Source: an uncultured Acidimicrobiaceae bacterium
GTDB taxonomy: Bacteria > Actinomycetota > Acidimicrobiia > Acidimicrobiales > Bog-793
Assembly: GCA_963763085.1 (NCBI GenBank)
Contig: CAVXNB010000004.1
Span: 672,659 to 736,658, forward strand
Reading direction: 5' to 3'
Length of the DNA stretch: 64,000 bases
Shown: piece after piece, positions 10,394-19,889 of the stretch
Position numbering within the stretch: the stretch's first letter is position 1
Layout of the letters: each line of letters opens with the position of its first letter
Made by a program: the position numbers and the translations under genes
Notes under the pieces: model-generated
What the model saw: the letters and a program-made list of their open reading frames with translations, nothing else
Told to the model about the DNA's origin: nothing
Databases searched by the model: none

Positions 10394-11995
10394 GTGATCA
10401 CCGCCACGGACCTCGAGCTTGCTGCCGGCGGTCGCCAGCTCCTCGAGCCGGTGACCTTTCAGGTCGCGCCCGGGGACCGGATCGGGCTCGTCGGACGCAA
10501 CGGCGCCGGCAAGACCACCCTCGCCAAGGTCCTCGCCGGCGAGTCCCTGCCGGCGGCAGGATCGGTCCGCCGATCGGTGCCCGTTGCCTACCTTCCGCAG
10601 GATCCTCGGACCGGTGACCTGACGGTCATCGCACGGGACCGGATCCTCGGAGCCCGCGGTCTCGATCGCATCGTCCACGAGCTCCAAGAGGCCCGGACCG
10701 AAATGGGACGTGGTGAGGGCGAGGACCAGGACCGCGTCCTCAGGCGGTACTCGCGGCTCGAGGAGCAATTCCACCTGCTCGGCGGTTGGGCGGCCGAGGC
10801 TGAAGCGGGCGCGATCGCGTCCAGCCTGGGACTTCCCGACCGGGTGCTCGTCCAACCCCTCGGGACGCTCTCGGGTGGCCAGCGTCGCAGGGTGGAGCTG
10901 GCCCGCGTGCTGTTCTCGGGCGCGCCCACGCTCATCCTCGACGAGCCGACGAACCACCTCGACGCCGACTCGATCGCCTGGCTTCGTAGCTTCCTCCGCT
11001 CCCATGACGGCGGCCTGATGGTCATCAGCCACGACGGCGACCTCCTCGAGTCGGTCGTCAACAAGGTCTTCCACCTCGACGCCACCCGCGGCCAGTTGGA
11101 CGTGTACCGCCTCGGATGGAAGGCGTATCTCGAGCAGCTCGCCACCGACGAGCGGCGGCGACGTCGCGAGCGGAGCAACGCCGAGCGCAAAGTCGTCGAG
11201 CTGAAGGCGCAGGCCGACCGTATGCGCGCCAAGGCGACCAAGGCGAAGATGGCCCACAACCTCGATCGTCGGGCGGCGCGCCTGGCCGACGGTCTCGAGG
11301 ATGTGCGCCGCGCGGACCGGGTGGCGAGGCTGCGTTTTCCTGCTCCCCTCCCGTGCGGGAAGACCCCACTCACCGCGACCGGTCTCACCAAGTCCTACGG
11401 ATCGCTCGAGGTGTTCTCGGGCGTCGATCTCGCGGTCGACCGCGGCAGCCGAGTCGTCATCCTCGGGCTGAATGGCGCCGGCAAGACCACATTGCTCCGG
11501 GTGCTCTCGGGCATCGAGCATCCCGACGCCGGCGAAGTCGTCCATGGGCACGGGCTGCAGCTCGGGTATTACGCCCAGGAGCACGAGACGCTCGACCCTG
11601 GGCGGACTGTGTACGAGAACGTGCGGCACAACGCCCCGCCGGCGGTCACCGATGCCGAGTTGCGCCGCATCCTCGGATCCTTCCTCTTCGGAGGCGAGCG
11701 CATCGATCAGCTGGCCGGCACGCTCTCGGGCGGCGAGAAGACCCGGCTCGCGTTGGCGACGCTCGTCGTCTCGGCCGCCAACGTCCTGCTCCTGGACGAG
11801 CCGACTAACAACCTCGACCCGGCGAGCCGGGTCGAGGTGCTGAAGGCGCTGCGCACCTATGCCGGCGCGATCGTGCTCGTCACCCACGACCCGGGCGCCG
11901 TGTACGCCCTCGGGCCCGAGCGTGTCGTCCTTATGCCCGAAGGTGTGGAAGACAGCTGGAGCGACGACCTCGGCGATCTCGTCGCGTTGGCCTAG
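10394..11995 (+). CDS. ABC-F family ATPase (tandem ATP-binding cassettes, no transmembrane domain; EttA/translation-factor type)
   Basis: 533 aa. Two Walker A sites (GRNGAGKTTL, GLNGAGKTTLL), two ABC signatures (LSGGQRRRVELA, LSGGEKTRLALA), two Walker B sites (ILDEPTNHLD, LLLDEPTNNLD). Charged inter-domain linker (ERRRRRERSNAERK...). Confidence 0.85.
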   Translation: MITATDLELAAGGRQLLEPVTFQVAPGDRIGLVGRNGAGKTTLAKVLAGESLPAAGSVRRSVPVAYLPQDPRTGDLTVIARDRILGARGLDRIVHELQEARTEMGRGEGEDQDRVLRRYSRLEEQFHLLGGWAAEAEAGAIASSLGLPDRVLVQPLGTLSGGQRRRVELARVLFSGAPTLILDEPTNHLDADSIAWLRSFLRSHDGGLMVISHDGDLLESVVNKVFHLDATRGQLDVYRLGWKAYLEQLATDERRRRRERSNAERKVVELKAQADRMRAKATKAKMAHNLDRRAARLADGLEDVRRADRVARLRFPAPLPCGKTPLTATGLTKSYGSLEVFSGVDLAVDRGSRVVILGLNGAGKTTLLRVLSGIEHPDAGEVVHGHGLQLGYYAQEHETLDPGRTVYENVRHNAPPAVTDAELRRILGSFLFGGERIDQLAGTLSGGEKTRLALATLVVSAANVLLLDEPTNNLDPASRVEVLKALRTYAGAIVLVTHDPGAVYALGPERVVLMPEGVEDSWSDDLGDLVALA

Positions 11996-12003
11996 AGGCC
12001 CCG

Positions 12004-12687
12004 ATGACGGCGGCGATCTTCCTGGTCCATGGTTTCAGCTCCTCCTGTCGGGCCTCGTGGGAGCGCAACGGTTGGCTCGACCTACTCGCCGACGCTGGCC
12101 GCGAGGTGATCGCGCCCGACCTGCTGGGTCACGGCGAGGCGGACAAACCACACGACCCCGATGCCTACGGAGCTGTCGAGGAGCTGGCCTTTGCGCAGCT
12201 GGCGGGCTCTGGAGCCGTGGATGCCGTCGGATTCTCGATGGGTGCACGCATCGCGCTGCTCATCGAGGCCGACCACCCCGGCACGTTCGGAAGGATCGTC
12301 GTTGGCGGTCTCGGGAACAATCTCTTCGAACCGCACGATCCCGAGCCTGTGGCTCTGGCCATCGAGGGGAAGAGCGAGGCGACCGACCCACTCGTCCGTG
12401 CGTTCGCTTCCGCAGCGTCGGCGCCCCCGAACGACCCTCTTGCCCTGGCCGCCTTCCTGCGCGGAGGCCGGCGGACCGTGTCGCCGGATGATCTCGCGAC
12501 CGTGCGCTGCCCGGTGCTCATCGCCGTCGGCAGCGAAGATGTCCTTGTGAGACCGGTCGAACCGCTCGCCTCGGCTCTCGAGAGCTCGGTCGTCGTGACG
12601 ATCCCGGGTGTGGACCACCTCGGAACGATGAAGGGGTACGGTTTTCTGGAGGCGGCGTTCGGATTCCTCGACGTGGAGCTGATCTGA
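12004..12687 (+). CDS. alpha/beta hydrolase
   Basis: 227 aa. HGFSSS oxyanion region, GFSMGA nucleophile elbow (GxSxG), C-terminal His (VDHLG). Confidence 0.75.
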   Translation: MTAAIFLVHGFSSSCRASWERNGWLDLLADAGREVIAPDLLGHGEADKPHDPDAYGAVEELAFAQLAGSGAVDAVGFSMGARIALLIEADHPGTFGRIVVGGLGNNLFEPHDPEPVALAIEGKSEATDPLVRAFASAASAPPNDPLALAAFLRGGRRTVSPDDLATVRCPVLIAVGSEDVLVRPVEPLASALESSVVVTIPGVDHLGTMKGYGFLEAAFGFLDVELI

Positions 12688-13148
12688 TGCGGATGAAGCG
12701 GCATGTGGGCAGCTTCGTCAAAGGCGCCAGGGGCGCTGCAGGTGTTGCCGGCGCCGGCGGAGGCGATCAGATGAGCAGCCAACTGCTGGCTACGCCGGCA
12801 GACGTCATGGCGAAGGCGACCAGGATGCTGCAGCGGGTGATGTCGCTTCAGCTTGTCTGGTTCTTGTGCTTCTCCGCCGGAGGCGTACTCGGGGTCTGGG
12901 CGGCCTGGAAGAACACCCATCTCCCCGCCGTCTGCTCGAGCGGCGCCGGCACCGCCGCGGCATGTGCTCACCACTCCTATCTCGTGCCGGTGATCCTGCT
13001 CGTCGTCGGGATTGCCGGGATGTTGGTGACCGGCTACGTGGCGACACGGCTGGCGGTGAAGTACCTCGGTGCGGGCGCGGTGGTCTTCCTCCGGGAGGGA
13101 CGCCGGCGGATGGGCCCGATGGGCGCTCGCCGTCCTCCGCTTTCCTGA
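12687..13148 (+). CDS. small membrane protein (2 predicted TM helices), hypothetical
   Basis: ATGA start/stop overlap with the upstream hydrolase. Two hydrophobic segments (LQLVWFLCFSAGGVLGVWAAW, YLVPVILLVVGIAGMLVTGYVA). Confidence 0.4.
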   Translation: MRMKRHVGSFVKGARGAAGVAGAGGGDQMSSQLLATPADVMAKATRMLQRVMSLQLVWFLCFSAGGVLGVWAAWKNTHLPAVCSSGAGTAAACAHHSYLVPVILLVVGIAGMLVTGYVATRLAVKYLGAGAVVFLREGRRRMGPMGARRPPLS

Positions 13149-13256
13149 ACGGGCCGCTCGGCCGCCGGCGCCTCCTCGACCGCCGGCGCCTGCTCGGGCC
13201 GCCGGCGCCCTCCTCGCCGCCGGCGCCTCCGCCTTCGGTATTCAATTTCGGCGCTG

Positions 13257-13306
13257 AAACTTGCCTCCGTTAATGATTGCGATCGGTCACTAAGTTGGAG
13301 GCAAGT
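13257..13306. other. 11-bp perfect inverted repeat (AACTTGCCTCC..28 nt..GGAGGCAAGTT) between convergent genes; possible bidirectional terminator or small RNA hairpin
   Basis: Seen directly in the sequence. Follows a GC-rich tandem array of four imperfect approx 18-nt CGCCGGCGCCTCCTCG-like units at 13150-13235. Confidence 0.35.
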
Positions 13307-13391
13307 TGAAGACAAAATTCGAATACACCCGGGGACCCCGCACGACCACACGCAGCACGGCCAGACGGCAGACGTGGCCGAGGCGGCGGGC

Positions 13392-13937
13392 TCAGGGCAG
13401 GCGGCGGCGGTAGCGGACCTCCGGATGACTCTCGCCGGGGAGCTCGAATATCTTGCGGGCGCCGTCGGTAACCCAGCCGTGCCGCTCGTAGAACGCTCGT
13501 GCGCGAGGATTCTTCTCCAACACCCAGAGCACGGCTTCGTGGTAGCCGGCGTGCTGGATGCGATCGAGCGCGTCCACCATGAGAGCGCTTCCGACGCCCT
13601 CCCGCCAGTGCGCCGGGTCGACGTAGCAACCGTAAACCTCGCCGAGTGCCGAGTCGGAGGCGACCGCATCCCGGTGGGCCCCGCCGCTCAGCCAGCCCGC
13701 CACTTCGCCCTCGTGCTCGCCGACGAGAATGAAGCGACCTTCCGGTTTCGCTCCGAGGATCAATGTCTGCCAGCGTGTCGTCCGTTGGGGAAGGTCGAGG
13801 TTCAGGCGGCGCAGGAAGCGGCTCGAGACCACACCCTCGTAGCCGACCTGCCAGGACCGTATATGGCAGGAGGCGATGGCGCCTGCGTCGTTCACTTCCG
13901 CGTCGCGCACGATCGGAGCCATGGCTGATTCTGCCAT
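13392..13937 (-). CDS. GNAT family N-acetyltransferase
   Basis: 181 aa. Motif A (REGVGSALMVDALDRIQHAGYHEAVLWVLEKNPRARAFYERHGW). Confidence 0.75.
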   Translation of the reverse strand: MAESAMAPIVRDAEVNDAGAIASCHIRSWQVGYEGVVSSRFLRRLNLDLPQRTTRWQTLILGAKPEGRFILVGEHEGEVAGWLSGGAHRDAVASDSALGEVYGCYVDPAHWREGVGSALMVDALDRIQHAGYHEAVLWVLEKNPRARAFYERHGWVTDGARKIFELPGESHPEVRYRRRLP

Positions 13938-14035
13938 TGCCGCAGGATGCCGGCGCGGGGGACTTTGTTTCGTCTATTCCTATGGGTTCGACACATCCCA
14001 TAGAAATACTTAGGATTCAGATTCCCTTTTGCCTT

Positions 14036-14050
14036 GGGAACATATGTTCG
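14036..14050. promoter_or_regulatory. LexA SOS box (Cheo-type GAAC-N4-GTTC) upstream of imuA'
   Basis: GGGAACATATGTTCG: perfect GAAC ATAT GTTC palindrome in the AT-rich promoter region before imuA'-imuB. Matches the actinobacterial consensus TCGAAC-N4-GTTCGA. Confidence 0.6.
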
Positions 14051-14063
14051 TATACTGCGGACT

Positions 14064-14840
14064 ATGGCCACCCCCGCTCTTGCGGAAGCGGCATCACTGC
14101 CGTCACTGCCTGGGACCCGATCGGCCACCGGACTTGCCGGGTCAGGTGCCCGCCATGCAACCTCGCTGCCGGGCGAGCGAGTTCTGCCCGTTCTTCCGGA
14201 ATTGGCAACACTGTTCCCTGGCGGTGGGCTCCCGAGAGGTGGCACGGTCCTGCTCGGATCGCCGCCACCGGATAGTGCAGCCGCAGGAAGCCCGGGTCCG
14301 GGTTTGACGAGCCTGCTGCTCACCCTGCTCGCCGGAGTGTCGTCTCGGGGACACTGGTGCGCCGTTGTCGGCCTTCCGGCACTGGGGTTCGCAGCAGCAG
14401 CCGAACTGGGAGTCGATCTTGGTCGCCTCGTCCTCGTTCCTCATCCTGGATCGGAGGGCCGCTGGCAGAGCGTTGTCGCGACCCTGCTCGAGACCGTCGA
14501 TCTCGTCTCCTTGGCTCCGGGTGCACCGGTGCGGCCCGTCGATGCCCGGAGGCTCGCAGCACGTGCACGGGAGCGCTGCTCGACATTGATCGTGCTCGAT
14601 GCCGCGGGTACTGGTTTCGGAGTTGCAAGAGGGCTCGGCTCAGGTGGCTCCTCGCGCCCGGGGCGGATCGTGACCTCTTGGCCAGGTCCTTCGGACCTGC
14701 GTTGCACCGTGAGCGCCTCGAACTGGTCTGGGCTTGGGCGCGGTCACGGTCGGCTCAGCTCCCGCCAGCTCGAGACTGAGGTGGGCGGGCGGGGCGCAGC
14801 CAGCCGCTCGAGGCGGGGCCCGCTGCGGCTGCCGGCTTGA
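14064..14840 (+). CDS. imuA: ImuA' (inactive RecA-fold protein of the imuA'-imuB-dnaE2 mutasome)
   Basis: ORF 14034..14840. N-terminal two-thirds is plausible (LPELATLFPGGGLPRGGTVLLGSPP...GHWCAVVGLPALGFAAAAELGVDLGRLVLVPHPG), resembling ImuA'. The C-terminal third is poorly protein-like, so a frameshift near 14650 is possible. ATG at 14064 preferred because the TTG at 14034 lies inside the LexA box. Immediately followed by imuB. Confidence 0.55.
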   Translation: MATPALAEAASLPSLPGTRSATGLAGSGARHATSLPGERVLPVLPELATLFPGGGLPRGGTVLLGSPPPDSAAAGSPGPGLTSLLLTLLAGVSSRGHWCAVVGLPALGFAAAAELGVDLGRLVLVPHPGSEGRWQSVVATLLETVDLVSLAPGAPVRPVDARRLAARARERCSTLIVLDAAGTGFGVARGLGSGGSSRPGRIVTSWPGPSDLRCTVSASNWSGLGRGHGRLSSRQLETEVGGRGAASRSRRGPLRLPA

Positions 14841-14847
14841 GGTCTGC

Positions 14848-16416
14848 GTGACCCCGATTCGCACGCTCGTCGTCTGGTGTCCCGACTGGCCCCTCGTTGC
14901 CGCCGGGCTCGCCGACCGACCGGCCGTGGTAGTCGCGGCCAACAGGGTCATCGCCTCTTCCTTTGCTGCCCGGGCGGAGGGGGTGCGTCTCGGGCAGCGA
15001 CGCAGAGAAGCCCAGACATGCTGTCCGGACCTTGTCGTCGTGGGGGAGGACCAGGGACGGGACGCACGCAGCTTTGAACCGGTCGTCCTGGCAGTCGCGG
15101 CCTTTACTCCCCAGGTGGAAGTCAGCCGGCCAGGGTGCTGTGCCCTACCCGCCCGTGCCGCCGCCCGTTACTTCGGCGGGGAGGCCCTGCTCGCAGAGCA
15201 GGTTCGTGCTGCCGCTGGTGCGGCGGTCGAGGCCGTCGCCGACGCGGCCGGCGCTGCAGCCCCTGAGCCTCCATCACACGTGGGGATTGCCGACGGACCG
15301 TTCGCAGCGCGGCTCGCGGCGAGCGAAGACACGATCGTGCGTCGAGGTGCGACGCCGGAGTGGCTCGGACACTTCCCAGTGGATGTGCTCGGTACGCCCT
15401 CGCTCGCCGACCTGCTCCGCCGTCTGGGGATCCGAACTCTGGGTGAGTTTGCCGAGTTGGACAACAGCGCAGTGCAGGCCCGGTTCGGGGCCGAAGGAGC
15501 TTCTGCCCACCGGCTTGCCCGCGGTCTCGACGAGCGACCACTTGCTCTCGGGGACCCTCCGCCCGACCTCACGGTCTCCCGGGAGCTCGATCCGCCTGCG
15601 GACCGGGCTGACGCCCTGGCTTTTCTTGCCGTGGGGCTTGCCGACGAGCTCGTCGGACGTCTCGCTCCTAACGGCCTCGTCGCCACCCAGTTGCTCGTCG
15701 AAGCAGAGACCGAGCACGGAGAGTCGCTGCAGCGCTGTTGGAGGGGGGAACGGCCCTTCACCGCTCGAGCCATGGTGGACCGGGTCCGGTGGCAGCTCGA
15801 GGGTTGGCTGCAGGGACCGGTGATCACGGCTCCCACCGCCGGGGTCACCTTGTTGCGCCTCACAGCCGGTGATCTGGTGCCCGACGACGGGCGCCAGCTG
15901 GATCTGGAAGGAGGCTTAGCCGAGACAAGCCGGCAAGTGGAACGGGGCCTGGCGCGAGTCCAGGGCCTTCTTGGTCACGAGGCGGTCCTCATCGCGGAGC
16001 GAACGGGCGGGAGAGGGCCGGGCGAGCAGGTCCGCCTCGTGCCTTGGGGTGAGGACGAGGCCGCGAGGAGTAACCGTGACGTACCTCCTTGGCCGGGCCG
16101 CCTGCCGCCCCCTTCCCCGGCGCTCGTCCATCCCGTCGCCGCCCCTGTCGAGGTCCTCGGGCCCGATGGGTCAGCAGTCGGGGTTACCGGACGTGGGCGG
16201 TGCACGGCGGTCCCTTCCTTCCTGAGTCCGGCGAAGGCCGGTAGCTCTCCTGTCGGGGTCGTGGGCTGGGCGGGACCGTGGCCGGCGGACGAGCGGTGGT
16301 GGGATCCCGAGGCTGCAAGGCGCCGGGCTCGTTTGCAGGTCCTGCTCGATGACGGGACGGCTCATCTGCTCATCCTCGAGCAGGGTCAGTGGCGTCTCGA
16401 GGCCACTTACGATTGA
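14848..16416 (+). CDS. imuB: ImuB (Y-family polymerase-like, catalytically inactive mutasome subunit)
   Basis: Intact frame. RTLVVWCPDWPLVAAG start typical of ImuB. Y-family palm/fingers-like N-terminal region. Sits downstream of imuA' behind the LexA box. Confidence 0.75.
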   Translation: MTPIRTLVVWCPDWPLVAAGLADRPAVVVAANRVIASSFAARAEGVRLGQRRREAQTCCPDLVVVGEDQGRDARSFEPVVLAVAAFTPQVEVSRPGCCALPARAAARYFGGEALLAEQVRAAAGAAVEAVADAAGAAAPEPPSHVGIADGPFAARLAASEDTIVRRGATPEWLGHFPVDVLGTPSLADLLRRLGIRTLGEFAELDNSAVQARFGAEGASAHRLARGLDERPLALGDPPPDLTVSRELDPPADRADALAFLAVGLADELVGRLAPNGLVATQLLVEAETEHGESLQRCWRGERPFTARAMVDRVRWQLEGWLQGPVITAPTAGVTLLRLTAGDLVPDDGRQLDLEGGLAETSRQVERGLARVQGLLGHEAVLIAERTGGRGPGEQVRLVPWGEDEAARSNRDVPPWPGRLPPPSPALVHPVAAPVEVLGPDGSAVGVTGRGRCTAVPSFLSPAKAGSSPVGVVGWAGPWPADERWWDPEAARRRARLQVLLDDGTAHLLILEQGQWRLEATYD

Positions 16417-16602
16417 CCCTCCCCGCGACCCTGTTCTCAGCGGCGGGAAATATTCTGAGCAGGTTCACAGCTTGTGTGGAGGGAGAACTGAGCAGCAAGC
16501 CGCATGATCGGATATCGATCCTCGGGCAGCGTTCCACGAGCTTGGGATCCGGGGCCGAACGGCCCCAGCGCTCGACGAGCGCTGAACCGGAGGTGAGGGG
16601 TT

Positions 16603-18204
16603 ATGGACGAGCCGAACGACGAGCGGACAGAACCCACGGAACCAAGCCGGCAGGAGGTTCCCTGGACAGCACCTGAGACGACGGCGCCCCTGCCGCCGTC
16701 TCCACCGCTTGAAGCGACGGCACCCGTGCTGCTCCCCGAGGCGACCGTCGTGCCACCGCAGGCCCCGGCGATCGCCGCAGCCCCAGGGACCCCGGAGCCG
16801 GGTGCGTCACACGGTGAGGGTCCGGGGCAGCCGGTTTCCAACGAGCACCCGTGGGCAGTGCCCTCCTGGGAGCCCAACTGGAGTCAAGGTGGGCAGTGGG
16901 TGCCGGCACAAGCGAGCAATCCGTCCGGGAGCTACCCGCCCGGGAGCTACCCGCCGGCGAGTAATCCGCCGGCGAGCAATCCCCCAGGGAGCTACCCGCC
17001 CGGCGTGTACGGCTCGGCGGGCTACGGAACCCCTGGATACGGAACCCCAGGGTACGGCCCTGGTGGGTACGGCCCTGGTGGGTACGGACCCGGCGGGGAC
17101 GGACCGAGCGACAATCAGCCGTCAGGACCGGAGCGCCCGAGCCGGGGCCGCAAGGGCCTCGTTCTCGCCGCCGTGGGCCTCGTCCTGCTCGGCGGCGCCG
17201 CCGGCGCCGGGATCGCGTATGCGTTCCGCCCGAACCAGGGCCCGTCCGGCGCCCTGGCCACATCGCCCTCCAGCGGGAAATCGCTCACGACCTCCCAGGT
17301 CGCCGCACTCGTCAACCCTGCCGTCGTCGACATCACCACGAACCTCGGTGAGGGGACGGGGATGATCGCGACCTCGAACGGCGAGATCATCACGAACAAC
17401 CACGTTGTCGAGGGAGCGTCCAGTATCAAAGTCGCCACCCTCAATCACGGCACCTACACCGCAAAGGTCGTCGGTACCGATGCCAAGGCCGATGTGGCCG
17501 TCCTGCAGCTGACCGGTGTGAGCGGCCTGTCCACGGTGAAGTTCGGCAACTCCTCTGACGTCCAGGTCGGGAACACGGTCGTCGCGATCGGCAATGCGAA
17601 CGGCCAGGACGAGCTCCCTGGGACGGTGACCGCAGGAGCGGTCACCGCACTCGGCCGGACGATCTCGGCCAGCGACGAGACCGGCGCCAGCGAGACACTG
17701 ACCGGCATGATCCAGATGAATGCCCAGATCCAGCCGGGGGACTCAGGCGGCCCGTTGGTCGACTCGTCGGGTGAGGTCATCGGCATGGACACCGCCGCTG
17801 CGAGCTCGGACAGTGCTTCACCGACGAGTATCGGTTTCGCCCTGCCAATCAACCGGGTCCTCCAGGTGGCGAACGACATCGAGCAGGGCAAGAGCGGCAA
17901 CGGGATCGTGATCGGCAGCGTGGCCTTCCTGGGCATCGCGGGCGAGACCGTCAAGGCCGGCTCAGGCCAGGTCGCAGGTGCCGGGCTCGAGTTCGTCGAG
18001 CCGGGGAGTCCCGCCGATAAGGCCGGTATCCAGCAAGGTGATGTCATCGTGGCCTTCAACGGCCACACGGTCACCACGATGCCGGCTTTGGCGAACATGA
18101 TCCACCAGCTACGCCCAGGTGACAGTGCGACGGTCACGTTCGTGAACACCAATGGCGGCCGGCAGACCGTGACCGTCACGTTGGGCGCCGCACCGCCCGC
18201 GTAA
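16603..18204 (+). CDS. HtrA/DegP-family serine protease (PepD-like) with PDZ domain and N-terminal Pro/Gly/Tyr-rich low-complexity region plus one TM
   Basis: 533 aa. Trypsin-like catalytic Ser (GDSGGPLVD). His (TNNHVV). PDZ domain (GLEFVEPGSPADKAGIQQGDVIVAFNG). N-terminal repeats GYGTPGYGTPGYGPGGYGPGGYGPGG, then a TM (LVLAAVGLVLLGGAAGAGIAYAF). Confidence 0.85.
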   Translation: MDEPNDERTEPTEPSRQEVPWTAPETTAPLPPSPPLEATAPVLLPEATVVPPQAPAIAAAPGTPEPGASHGEGPGQPVSNEHPWAVPSWEPNWSQGGQWVPAQASNPSGSYPPGSYPPASNPPASNPPGSYPPGVYGSAGYGTPGYGTPGYGPGGYGPGGYGPGGDGPSDNQPSGPERPSRGRKGLVLAAVGLVLLGGAAGAGIAYAFRPNQGPSGALATSPSSGKSLTTSQVAALVNPAVVDITTNLGEGTGMIATSNGEIITNNHVVEGASSIKVATLNHGTYTAKVVGTDAKADVAVLQLTGVSGLSTVKFGNSSDVQVGNTVVAIGNANGQDELPGTVTAGAVTALGRTISASDETGASETLTGMIQMNAQIQPGDSGGPLVDSSGEVIGMDTAAASSDSASPTSIGFALPINRVLQVANDIEQGKSGNGIVIGSVAFLGIAGETVKAGSGQVAGAGLEFVEPGSPADKAGIQQGDVIVAFNGHTVTTMPALANMIHQLRPGDSATVTFVNTNGGRQTVTVTLGAAPPA

Positions 18205-18211
18205 CCCGCTT

Positions 18212-19819
18212 CTACCCCCCCGGACGACGCCGATCGGCCGTCCTGACGCTCGGCCCACGAGCGTCGGGGCGGCCGTGGCGCGTCGGGGCCGGGGCAGCCT
18301 CGGTGCCGTTGCCCGTCGGCGGCTCGATCATGGGAAAGCCCTCCAGACCCCACTGCTTCGACACATCTGCGTCGGGCTCGGCCGGAAGGTCGACCGCGAA
18401 CGTGGCGCCGCCGCCCGGCGTCTCCGCCACCGAGACGCGCCCGCCGTGTGCATCGGCGATGGCCGAGACGATCGACAGTCCCAGGCCGGCGCCGCCATGG
18501 GCGCGCACCCGGGCGGGGTCCGATCGCCAGAAGCGCTCGAAGATGTGCTCGGTGCTCTCGGGCGGGATCCCGGGGCCGTGATCGACGACGGCGATCCTGG
18601 CCTGCGCGGCAGCGCCGTCTTCGGACGGCAGGCGGGTGACGACGACCTCGAAGGGGCTGCCGGCGGGTGTGTAGGCGAGGGCGTTCGAGACGAGGTTTCC
18701 GAGGAGCTGGCGAAGGCGACTATCGTCACCGATGATCGGGCACGACGCCGGCGCTTCGAACCTCACCGTGCGGGACGGGTCGATGACGCGGGCGTCCTGG
18801 GCGGCGTCGGCCGCGAGCGTGGAGAGGTCGACCGGCTCCTGTTCGAGCGGACGTCCCTGGTCGAGCCGAGCAAGCAGCAACAGGTCATCGACGAGCCCGG
18901 CCATCCGGGTCGACTCGCTGTCGATCCTGCGCATCGCCGTGTCGAGGTCGGCGGGGCGATCCGCCAACCCGTGCTGGAACAGCTCCGCGTATCCGCGGAT
19001 CGACGTGAGCGGAGTCCTCAGCTCGTGCGACGCGTCGGCCACAAAACGCCGCAGCCTCGACTCAGACGCCTCCCGTTCCCGGAACGCCGCCTCGATACGA
19101 CCGAGCATCACGTTGAGCGCGTTACCGAGCCGCCCGACCTCGGTGCGGTTGTCGGTCTGCTCGACACGCTGGCTCAGGTCGCCGGCGGCGATCTCGCCGG
19201 CGGTGTCGGCCATCTTCTGGAGAGGCCGCAGGCTGAGGCGGATGATGAGCCAGGTCGCGCCGGCGAGGGCGATCAGGACCGCACCGCTTACCAGGAGCTC
19301 CAGTACGAGCAGGCGGTGCAGCGTCGCGTCGGTCCCCGTGAGCGGGATTGCCTCTGCGAGCAGGTTGCCGGTCTTGACGCAGGTCCCGTCCGCGTTCGGG
19401 GAGCAGACGCTGGCCAGGAGCAGACGGTAACGAACGCCTCTGGTGCCCGGCACCGTCGTGTAGATCGGCGCGCCGCTCGCCTGCTTTGCGAGCGAGAAGG
19501 AAAAGATCGGAACCGACGAGACCGTGGACCCCAGGGGCGAGGTCCAAGGCACGAGCAACTGGCCCTTCGCGTTAAATGCGGTGGCCACGGTTCCCGGTGT
19601 CACGACGAGGGAGGTCGAAGCTTCCCGATCCGCCGTTGAACGGCTGGCCAGGTTGGCCCAGAGTCCCTCAAAACGAGAGTCCGCCGACTTGGTGAGCTGA
19701 CTGTCGATCTGACCCACGACGTAACTCCGAAACGAGGCGTAGGTGATCGCATCAGTCGCCGCCAAGGCGACGATCACCAACGCGCACAGGACGGCGATGA
19801 GCCGGACCTTCAGCGACAC
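18212..19819 (-). CDS. two-component sensor histidine kinase (MprB-like)
   Basis: 535 aa. Two TMs with periplasmic loop, HAMP domain, HisKA H-box (ADASHELRTPLTSIRGYAELF), HATPase N/G boxes (LGNLVSNALAYT, DHGPGIP, GGAGLGLSIV). Confidence 0.85.
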   Translation of the reverse strand: MSLKVRLIAVLCALVIVALAATDAITYASFRSYVVGQIDSQLTKSADSRFEGLWANLASRSTADREASTSLVVTPGTVATAFNAKGQLLVPWTSPLGSTVSSVPIFSFSLAKQASGAPIYTTVPGTRGVRYRLLLASVCSPNADGTCVKTGNLLAEAIPLTGTDATLHRLLVLELLVSGAVLIALAGATWLIIRLSLRPLQKMADTAGEIAAGDLSQRVEQTDNRTEVGRLGNALNVMLGRIEAAFREREASESRLRRFVADASHELRTPLTSIRGYAELFQHGLADRPADLDTAMRRIDSESTRMAGLVDDLLLLARLDQGRPLEQEPVDLSTLAADAAQDARVIDPSRTVRFEAPASCPIIGDDSRLRQLLGNLVSNALAYTPAGSPFEVVVTRLPSEDGAAAQARIAVVDHGPGIPPESTEHIFERFWRSDPARVRAHGGAGLGLSIVSAIADAHGGRVSVAETPGGGATFAVDLPAEPDADVSKQWGLEGFPMIEPPTGNGTEAAPAPTRHGRPDARGPSVRTADRRRPGG

Positions 19820-19889
19820 GAGCAGCCCTGGACGCCGTCGTCGGCCCGGGAGCGCGGCACGGGGACAGGCACCGGAGGAGGCACGGCGC

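Noticed and set aside
10349-11887. 512-aa minus-strand ORF antisense to the ABC-F gene
   Set aside because: Arg/Gly/Asp-rich low-complexity translation typical of shadow ORFs in 70% GC DNA. The plus-strand ABC-F protein has unambiguous Walker/signature motifs.
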